Assembly: GCA_051362555.1 (NCBI GenBank)
Contig: CM120643.1
Location: 22,634,848-22,698,847, forward strand
Direction of reading: 5' to 3'
Length of the DNA: 64,000 bases
Source of the DNA: Lingula anatina
Taxonomy: Eukaryota > Animalia > Brachiopoda
In this document: in pieces, positions 54,346 to 64,000 of the stretch
Layout of the letters: each line of letters opens with the position of its first letter
Position numbering within the stretch: position 1 is the first letter of the stretch
Position numbers and translations under genes: made by a program
Notes under the pieces: generated by a model
Seen by the model: only the letters and a program-made list of their open reading frames with translations
Told to the model about the DNA's origin: nothing
Database searches by the model: none

Positions 54346-57300
54346 TTTGCTTTACATGGCCCTGTGGATTAGCTATACCTCCTTAGGAGCAGAGAATAAA
54401 CTTTGTGGATAGCTAGTGAAAGAGTGTAAAGTCCTCAGTTGGGTAATTACATAGTAGACTCTTTCAAAGCATACTAGTACAGCTGCATCGCTAGTATATA
54501 ACGTGAAAAGGCCTCCATCAAGAGTGTATAAATTGCAGGATTATTTGTTGACCAATTTTGATGGCATAAGATCATTTGAAAACAGCATTACTTTTGTCTA
54601 TCTGATACTTATGACTTTCTTTCATATCTATAAATTGGGGTTATATGAACCGTAACTTCAAAGAATGTTTTCGAAATGGAAATATTGGTTTTCACATTTT
54701 TCTTGAAAGTATTACACCTGAAGCACAGGAGTCAGTGACCACATTGTGTGTGAATGTGGAGTTTGAAATGCCTGTGTTTGCTCCCCTTTGAGAGTCTCAT
54801 GTTCCAGAACCTGTGCCTTCCACTGATCCCAACAGCTCCAGGCTTGATTATTTTGGAGTTATCTGATATTTTGCGATTGATCAGGTCATCCACCATGTTA
54901 TTGGCTTCACCTCTCTTTACCTTTCATCTAAAAAGGGACATAAAAGTTGCTACTAAATATAAGAATTTTGTTCATATTTCATCAATAAATCAACACACAC
55001 AGTCACACACGTGTGCAGACACACAATTTTGTAATATCATTTTCATTATTAATATTTAATAATTCCTTTAGCAACACATTTCCATGAGAATGGGTCAGTA
55101 AGTATGGTAAAAGCATGGCCAAGTTTGCTTCCACCTAGAACTGTTGTATTTTCTCCAAGGTCATATGTCTTATGTAATCTACATAGACTTGTAAACATTC
55201 CCATTAAAGAAAAAAAGTCAGATCTACAATAATCCATTGTTTATAAAAAAGAGAGAAAAACGACATTTTCTGTGTGAATTTTTTCTCTAAAAAGACAAAT
55301 TTTATTGAAAAATGACCAACATATGCTAATATTGAAGTATGCCTATATGCTCTAGTCAAAAGACAAAAGTTCTAAAAAACAAAGTAAAAAAGACTTCTCA
55401 TTTTTTACCACAAAATGCCAACGACTCCATTAACATGCATTTAGTTCCATGTAGGCAGTACATTGGGTCAATTCTATCCATGGAGTAAATCGATCTGCTG
55501 CTCCCTCAATTTGTAGCAGACAGTCATCTCAGGTGAAGCAGCGTCTGGGTCAAATCAATTCACAGGAGCTGAGTTTACACTTATAAACTGGTGTGACTTC
55601 AGTGCGATCCAGGATTACAGTATGTCATTTGATCAAATTGGTTGAAAAGAAAAACTTAAAGACACCATGAGGACGGATTTTACAATCAAACAAAACCTTT
55701 CTGTTTCAAAATTAGCTGTAATTTGATTTCAATTATTTGCGAACCTGGATTGTCAAAGTTACAGCAAGGTTTCAATTAAATGTAAAGAAAGCTTTGTCGA
55801 TAATTGCTGCAAACAAAGAATGTCTGGAGAAATAGGCTGATTTGTCTACTGACAACCATGGCAGTCATGAATCCAGGGGTCACAGAATTTCAGGGACCAG
55901 TAGCTTTCCATGCCCTGCTGTAACTGACAGTTTCAGTCAGACATGTCCTTTAGACTGCACATTTATTCATTCACTGTCAACTTCTTCAGGAATGGTAAAT
56001 TTGTGATATCATGTTGACTTGAAATTTTGGCAGTAAATTAAAAAATTCTCTCAAAAAATATCACCATCAAATCTAGAATGTTTCAGAAGGAATGTGCCTG
56101 TTTTGACACTTGAGTATGAGATGGGAAATAAAGAGTTGAAATAAGGCATACAAACGTGTGTCAGACATTCATGTAGCAAATAATTAATTTTCCTGGAATT
56201 TTCATCTCTCTTCCCGTTAAGGTTATTCAAAGGTTATTCATGAACATTGACAAAATTGTGATCAATTTTGTGTTTCCAATTTTTGTGTCAGTCCTCTAAT
56301 GTAAACTGAGATGGGTGAATTATTGCAACATCAGTAAAATGCATATTTTTACCAATGTTTTACCTAGCAATAAGGAAAAAATCCAGGGAGAAAGAAGTCT
56401 ACACAAAGTCCCATTAAGGGTGAACCCCTTAATCACATGAAAATTGAATGACTGCCTAGTTTTGTCACCAAGCCAATAAAATTACCAGTACAGGCCAGTT
56501 TTTAATTTAGTTATAATTCAGAATGGACCTGAAATGTCTTAAGCACATTTTAATATTCAAAATACCAAAACAGGTAACTTAGTACAAGTTGTGCATTCAA
56601 CATATGAATTTTAAAGCTGCCTGAACACAGATCAGTTCAAGCATGGTGCAGATGGTGGAGTCACTGACAGCAGTGTAAACTTGGCAATGTCAAGCAAGTT
56701 TTCCCCTATGAGCTGCATTTGGTAATTGAAATAGACATCTGTTTTGGAAGTTTTACATAACTTTTTGTATATTTTTCCATTCATGAACTTTTAAAGCCTA
56801 ACCACAAGAGGCAGGAATGCTGTGTTTCTTTTTGATGTGGAAAAAAAATGCTATTATTGATAATTTGATAAGCACTAATTGATATGTTTTCATATTCTGT
56901 TGGGGTTTCAAGACTGCAGTGTACAGCAAAATAATCACATAGAAAGCACAGTAGTTTGTATTACAATGAGATTCTATGACAAGTAAGAAAAATACCCCCC
57001 CTCCCCTCCAACACATATTCAAATTTTCATTAGAATTTGAGCAAGAGATACATTTCAGAAACTTTAGTCACATATTATAATAATGGACAGACGTAATTTC
57101 TTCCACATCTTATCACAAATGAATGCACAACTTCAAAAATTAGGAATGGTGAGCTTCAGGGAAAAGCAAATTTGAAAAGGTGAATCTAAGCAATCCTGTT
57201 TTGTAGCAGAAATGTGGAGAGAGTTCATTTTAGTTCTACCTTAGTTGAACCACTGAAAATGTCAAACTGACCTAGGATCTACATACAAGCACTGATTAAA

Positions 57301-57979
57301 TTGTCAGTCTCCCCTTACATGACACTAGATAAAGTGCTTTTCAATTTAGGATTTCCTTTTCTCCAATTTAATGGATAAATTTATTTCTTCCAAATCAGCA
57401 ACTGGGTTTCATTTTTCTCATTTTATTTTCTCTCCTGAAATTACTTTTTTTAATCTCCCTACCTAACTCTGTCACCACTTCCTATCACAAAAAATAAAAA
57501 GAAATTCATAATTAGCTGTACATTTTGTAGACAAGGTTTTTTCAAATACCTGACGATCGATTAAAATAACTGACACATTTTTTTGCATGACTATATTTAT
57601 TATAAGTAATCCGACCTGTACTTTTCTTGGAAGTTGAACTGTATGTTATGTTCCAAGTAGTCAATTAAAACCTACCCTTAGTGGGATTGTTTAACATGTG
57701 CTAGCTATAGACTATATAATTATATATACGTAGGTTTTAATGTTTTAGCATGCACTATTCAAATACAGTTATCTCTGCATAGCTCATCATCTTGTGGCCT
57801 GAATTATAACTAAGGATAGATAAAACTGATAAATTAAGGTGGTCGATGTGCTGCAACTCTCTGTAAACAGGGTCTGTTGACAAAATTCACTGTAGTTTTT
57901 AACATTATATTTGATGTCAAATGGGCATAACATCTAAATCATGTGGATGGTAGTAAAATCTTACAGGAAAAGCAGGGAC

Positions 57980-58129
57980 CAGGGTCAAGTTTCTAAGTGA
58001 CAATCATTGCTAGCCTCTAAATCAGTGACATAGTCACAAATTGAGAAGGGTTTGAGAAAGGTAATACCCATCAATGGCTACTTTTGCATGAAATTGGTAT
58101 TAGCTATGGATCCAAGAAACTAAGCCCTG
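57980..58129. mobile_element. Short MITE relic
   Basis: TIRs CAGGGTCAAGTTTCT and AGAAACTAAGCCCTG. Confidence 0.5.
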
Positions 58130-58436
58130 TGCTAAAACACATGAATACTTCACAACTATACAGTGATTGTAGCTTCTGAAGTTTTCATTATCATCATAAC
58201 GTGCATAAATTTTGTTTTATGAAAAATCACATCAAGTAAACTCCCTTGGGACAATTTTACATTATATGTAAATGCAGCAAACTCTAGAAGCTTGACAAAG
58301 CTGTAAAACACAACAACCATTCAAAAATATATTCACTTTTATTTTCAATCAGCAAATATGTTATTTGATATCAGAATACAACCATGACCTGTATTTTCAA
58401 AGCTGGCATCAAATTGTCCTTTACACCAACAAAGAG

Positions 58437-58481
58437 ATAATAATAATAATAATAATTATAATAATAATAATAATAATAATA
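58437..58481. repeat. (TAA)n microsatellite
   Basis: Directly visible. Confidence 0.9.
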
Positions 58482-59304
58482 CATATTTATAAAACTAAAT
58501 ATTTAATATATGTAATATAAATATGAATTTGATTTCTGATGCGAACAAGCTGATACTATAAGCAGCAGCAGTGCATAAAATACAAGATAGGAATATGAAG
58601 TCCAACAGTAAATGCATTTAATTTATAATATCCAGTGAAAACCTGAATATACCACAAGAATTAAGTTCAGAAGGCAGAGTGGTACATAACATATATAGGA
58701 CACTCTCTGTTATAGTTGTATTAAAGTGAAAATAGTACTAGCAATTTTTCATAACATGAGAGGGATATCCGTCTCATTCTGTCCAGATTATTTAGCACCA
58801 CAGTGTGTAATCAATAGGTATGGGCCAGACAGTCTGTTCATAAATACTATTATGATAGTACAATACAATATACCACTGTTATTATAGATTTCTACACAAT
58901 AAAGAAAGGAGTTTCAATAAGCTGACATACATGCAATAATTCCTCAATTAAATGAATGTGTGTGTGTGTGTGTGTGTGTGTGTGTCTGCATACATGCAAG
59001 CACGTGTCCAGCTGCCTGATCAATGCTTTAAAAAAAGCAAAGCCGGTTACCACAAAAAGAAAATCAAATTATTCAATTTTAAACTCAAGACAAAGGTTCC
59101 GCCCATCTTTCCCAATAAAGTTTTCACATCAATAAAACAAACAGTGGTTTACCACTCCATGAGAACATACAATTATAAACTGGTCTGGTTTTAATTGCCA
59201 GGTGCTTAAGCTACCACCTTCAAAAATTAACGTGTGCTGATAAATGTAGATGTTCATACGAACTAAGTTCAATAACCTAACTGCACTACTACATAATTCG
59301 TCCT

Positions 59305-59341
59305 TCAATTCAGACGATGACAGTTCCGAAGGTCATCAAAC
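59305..59341 (-). CDS. Probable terminal coding exon of the same unidentified gene (K-FDDLRNCHRLN*)
   Basis: Very strong acceptor TTTTTTCTCTATTTCCACTCATTTCCTAG, phase compatible with the 62402 exon. Followed by ~1 kb of T-rich UTR-like sequence with AATAAA (minus) at ~58338-58343. Confidence 0.4.
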
Positions 59342-62300
59342 CTAGGAAATGAGTGGAAATAGAGAAAAAACCCGACCTCCAGACAGATGAAACATTTCAG
59401 ATGATTCACAACGCACAAATCCTGTTCCACAAATTGATGGCAGATCATCCAGGAGGAAAAAACTTAAGTGCTGCCCAAATCGTGCAGAGTCTGTTTCTGC
59501 CGTGCAGTAGATTATTAACCCCCATAAATCAAACTTCTGAATTAGTTTCATGACAACAGACCAGGTACCAAGCACACACAAATGATCATAACTTGCATTC
59601 CTAATCTCATTGTTCAATAAGAAGCAAATCTGATCATTTCTGAGTGGATGCAAGTGTGCGCGACTGCACCGATCAGTCTCCAGCCAAGCTGAAGGCCACT
59701 TTAGTAGCAAATTTTGCAAGGAGGGAGGAGGAGGGGGGGGGGTGAATGGGCTGCTGCTGTGCAGGTGAAAGTCTGACAACTGTGACGCTTTGGTGCATTA
59801 GTACTGGTTATGATTATTGCAACAAGGTGAAGGCCAATTAAGCCAATTTTGTCTCCAGCAGCTGGTGATCTTCCACAGGTCTCCATAATATATTAACACC
59901 ACTGAACAAAACAGGACATCCTTGGCAATAATTCCACATCATTTACAGCACACAATATCTCACACGCAATCAATTTTACTTGAATATTTAATAAAAGTGT
60001 CTGGAAGGTGCATTATCAGAACATGCTTAATGAAGAACAGGATGAGCTGCTGTTAGCTCTCATTAACAAGATTAAAAAAACAGGTAGCAAGCCAGACTTC
60101 CTGTGCATTCAGACATAATGATATCTTAACCGGATTTAGATCCAAAACGTAGGAGCTGTCCAAATTATTTTTTATCTTTGAATTTGGCGATTAAGAACAC
60201 CTCCCCAAAGAACTGTATGCAAGGGGAAGAGGATCTTATAAACTCTTGGTGGGTTACATATTACTAAATAATTGGTTATTTCTGAAGACTGAATCTAAAC
60301 CTAGTGATCTGCTTTTATCAACATGCATAAAATGATATCTACCCAAAAACATAGTAATGAAAACACATATCTTACATATCCAAGATAAAAACCAAGGGAA
60401 AGAAAAAATGAAAGTTTTTTGAGAAAATAGTCTTATAAGACTGATCTGCAAAACAAATTTTTCGGGGTTCCTATGATTCAGAGCTGGTTTCCATTACGGG
60501 CTGGTTTCATATAACTTTAAGTTGGTCTAAAATTTTAGACCAGAATTTTGGTTTACATTAATTCAGGATAAAGTTGAATCACTCCACTTAAATAGATTTA
60601 TTGTAGAAAAAAGTATTAAATCAATTTGTTTCTTTTATAAAACAGGCACAGTTCTTCAGAATCGGTGAACCAGGACCTTATATTTTATTAAATTTAATTT
60701 CTCTCCACAGTATATCAGAGTTTATTTGTCAAACCAGACAATTTCTCTTTAAAATATTGTTTTCATTTTGCCAAATGTCAAGTAAGGATACTTAAATAAC
60801 AAGGAAACCATTCAAACATGTGTTCTTTCAAGATGTCTGTTAGCTAATCTGTTTCTTTCCGACATCCTGCTACTTACGTAATAATTCTTAATCAGGAAAT
60901 TGATTTTTTAAATGACAAAATGGAAAGACATAAGTATGACTAACCAGTGAATTTAACCATCATTACCAGTAAACAAGGGGAAGGGTAAAACATGGTACTC
61001 ACCCAATAATATAGTTCTTTAGTAAATTGTTATATTTTAACAGACATGTTTTGATAATGCTACCCCCTAAACTGCAAAATTTAAACTTATTATTTTTCAG
61101 TTGAAAAAAAATTAATGAAGGAGTCCATACTTTAGTGTTTCACTTGGAACATCTTGTCAAACTTACTGTGGCTTCAATTTGTTTTAAACTTAAGGTGGAA
61201 TTTGCTTGAAATCTTTAGGAAGCCAATCAAATTCAAGGCAATTTCTGGCAGCTGAAACCATGCCAACAAAGCAAAATGAAAGTGGCAACAGTTAACAGAC
61301 AGTAAAATAGATGGTGCTACTGCTATAACCAAGAAAAGCTGGTGGCCTACTTCAAATTCAAACATATTTTCCCAGTCACACTGTGAGCTTGATCAGGGTG
61401 CATTTGCACAGTTCTATGCAGGGGAAAATCACTCTGTTCAGATTCTAGACTGTCCACTATGGTCTTACAGAGAATGACCATAGTCTAGTTTAAATACCTC
61501 CCTTGCATGGCTTAGACACTCTCCATGACTGTGCTGAACAAGATTATATTGAATTTCATCCCTTGACCAGCTCTCTTCTTTCCACTGCCTTGAGGTCCAC
61601 TCTTTACTTTCTGTGGTCACACACACTCTCCATACACCTGAAGACTAAGGCTGTGACCAGTGTCCACTCTTAATACAACCAATGATTTGTATGAGCCAGG
61701 TGATGTTGGCCTGAATTCCACAGGTAAACTGATGTAATGGCGGCTCCTAAAATTATCAAATAGTACCTTTATGTTTAAATATTGTAAAATAAATAAAAAA
61801 TAGAATGCAGCAGGTCATTTGCATCTGGATGCCTCCATCTTGACTTGCTTTGTTTACAGTGAAGCTTGCTATCCAGCATGGCGATGTCAAAGGATACTGA
61901 GTAAAGTAACACCACCTGACTAGATACTGCGTGACATCACCAAGTTGGAAAGCAAACTTCAGAAAACAAAGCAAGTCAACATCAGGGATGGATGGAGACC
62001 ATCTGCTGGGTCTTCCAGAAGACAGTCAGAGTTTTTCCCATTTACATTGATGGGCATCTAATTTCTTTCTGTTGGAAGATGGTCAAAAATGGAAGATGGG
62101 TCAACAAATATAATTTGGAAGAAAATATCTCTGGATCCTTTGAACATGGCAGCACCTAGCTGTAAAAAAGGCCTACAAAACAGACTGCTGGGGTGGGTGG
62201 TACCCAAGTGAGGTTGACCTAACATTGCTTGAAACACGGCTTTTAGGTATGTTCAGACATGGACTTCAACCTGTCTAGTATTTGGTGCGAAATGCAGATG

Positions 62301-62401
62301 ACCAAATAAACGACAAGTCTAAGTTAATCCAAGTAGAATGAAAATACTGTTAATGAGTAGCAGACCTGGTAACAGTGGTAACAGTGGTGACTTGTACTTA
62401 C

Positions 62402-62460
62402 TTGGCTTTTAAATTATGATGCTTCACATGGAATGGAGGCTGAGGGGGTATAACCTCTAC
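62402..62460 (-). CDS. Probable internal exon of an unidentified gene (VEVIPPQPPFHVKHHNLKA-K)
   Basis: Acceptor CTATTTTCAG, donor GTAAGT, 59 nt open in phase 0 to 2. Confidence 0.45.
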
Positions 62461-64000
62461 CTGAAAATAGTCAACAACAATCAATTAATTTCAATGTCAT
62501 CACTACAACAACAAATAGTAATCAGTGATTGAAAACTTAAAGCGAGATTTGAATATAGACCAATTTTTGTATTTTGCACTATGAGGCGAGGGTTTAGCCA
62601 GAGTTTTGTAATAAGGAGTCCAAATTAATTATTTTCCTACAACTAAGACAGGTTTTCTAGGAATCATTTGCTCCAATAATATAAACCTGATTATATGAAT
62701 GTCCAAAATTGAAACAGGCAGCCCAAAAGACAACTGGGGGGGTTACCCTGCTATGTGGCAAACTCTTCACTATGAGCAATTCTATTTGTCACGAGTAGTA
62801 TTATTGCTTCATGTAGCCCAGCCAAGTCAAATGAAACTTATCAAAATAAAAAAAATAAGTGAAACAGATCCTAGACAATTTAAACTGCTTCAAAAGACTC
62901 TTTATGACATTGCTCAATGCAAGACCATTAACAAGGGCATTCACAGAGTCATAAAAACAAAGTAATCATTTCTTTAAAAATCGCCCGCATGAACTGCTGC
63001 TCTTATTAAGAAACAGTAAGCTTATGTACTCCTTAACCCAGAATCAAATGACAAACTCAGAGATATCTGGTCCTGAATTAATCACTACCCTTATAATCAG
63101 ACATCTACAGACAAATTTGATGCCGACTCTCTGGGATATCAATTTATATAAACACAAACAAATAAAAAGGCTTCATCACTGGAGCTACCCAACAGTGAAA
63201 TGCAGGCATCGTAAATTTTATCAAAGAGACAGAGGGGAAAAAAGTGAGTCATTTTCAAGGTGCTTAAAACTGTTTTATGCAGCCTCATCAAAAACTGTTG
63301 AAAGGAGTTTTATTGCTACCTATATATTTGACAAACTTTTGTCATAAAACTGGCATTAAATGTAATGAAAAGTTGTTTGAAATCAAGAGCACCCATTTCC
63401 CTTTATGCATCATACATCAGCTGTTGTATTTTAAAACCATCTGCATCACAGCAACTGACCATGAGGTACAAGTAAGGCTTTTGCCATTTTTTTTCTTTCA
63501 GGTATTCATGCAAACTTCTTGGCAACAAAATTTGTGCATCCATTTCATTTTTATGAGCATGGACGAGGAAATAAACCACACCTGCTTAAGATTAAAATGA
63601 CATCATCAGACAACCAAATAATTTCATGAGTAAATTCAAGGGAATGAACTCCCAATGGATGATCACTTTAAACCTCTATATGCTCAGCTGCATCCATTCA
63701 ACCAGATTTTTTCAAAAATAATTATTAACATCTTAACTAGCATTGCACCTCAAACAGGGTCAGCCTATTTTGTAATACCCTATCTGGGAAGGCCAATTAA
63801 TAATAATTCATCAGGAAAAGCCTCGTGTGAGTATAATTTGTATTTAGTGATCTGGGACCCCAATACAATAAATTATTACCAAAGGAAGCTAATCTAATCT
63901 CTCTGTTAACCCATCCACCATCCCATCTCTAATCATAGCTGAGGCCAGTAGAATGAGATCAGTTTGACTTCACAGGGTAACCAGACATATATTGGGCAGT

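Noticed and set aside
59342-59779. 145-aa minus ORF
   Set aside because: Low-complexity start, runs through the polypyrimidine tract and stops at the acceptor AG; consistent with intron sequence.
61870-62110. Possible very degraded LINE (RTE-X/L2) C-terminal fragment (GDHLLGLPEDS)
   Set aside because: Similarity too weak and interrupted to support without a BLASTX.

Overview
AT-rich eukaryotic DNA, full of introns and microsatellites, most likely from a marine invertebrate (the taxon cannot be fixed from sequence alone). Most ORF-track entries are noise; the real genes are spliced. Minus strand: a PMEPA1/LDLRAD4-family gene with coding exons at 41661-41688, 41491-41523, 30123-30743, 26297-26464 and 25534-25718. 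I found no cytoplasmic PY/SIM exons, so they are presumably left of the window. Unlike the vertebrate proteins, it has a signal peptide and a CUB domain split by a ~90-aa Ser/Pro insertion. Plus strand, head-to-head and ~480 bp away: a complete 3-exon CIMIP1/C20orf85 ciliary gene (136 aa). This is the same divergent neighbour pair as, from memory, on human 20q13. The long region downstream of the TM exon holds seven perfect Smad-binding palindromes (GTCTAGAC) and a TATA promoter with a candidate alternative first exon. It also holds a ~3.9-kb Helentron/HINE element carrying 19 x 146-bp tandem units rich in DR1 nuclear-receptor sites. Many MITEs, one nested insertion, an RTE-like LINE relic and the probable 3' end of a third, unidentified minus-strand gene are also present. 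Best candidate for an undescribed system: an invertebrate Smad-inducible TGF-beta feedback locus making both a receptor-like (SP-CUB-LDLa-TM) and a TM-less isoform. All homology calls are from recalled sequences and need database confirmation.
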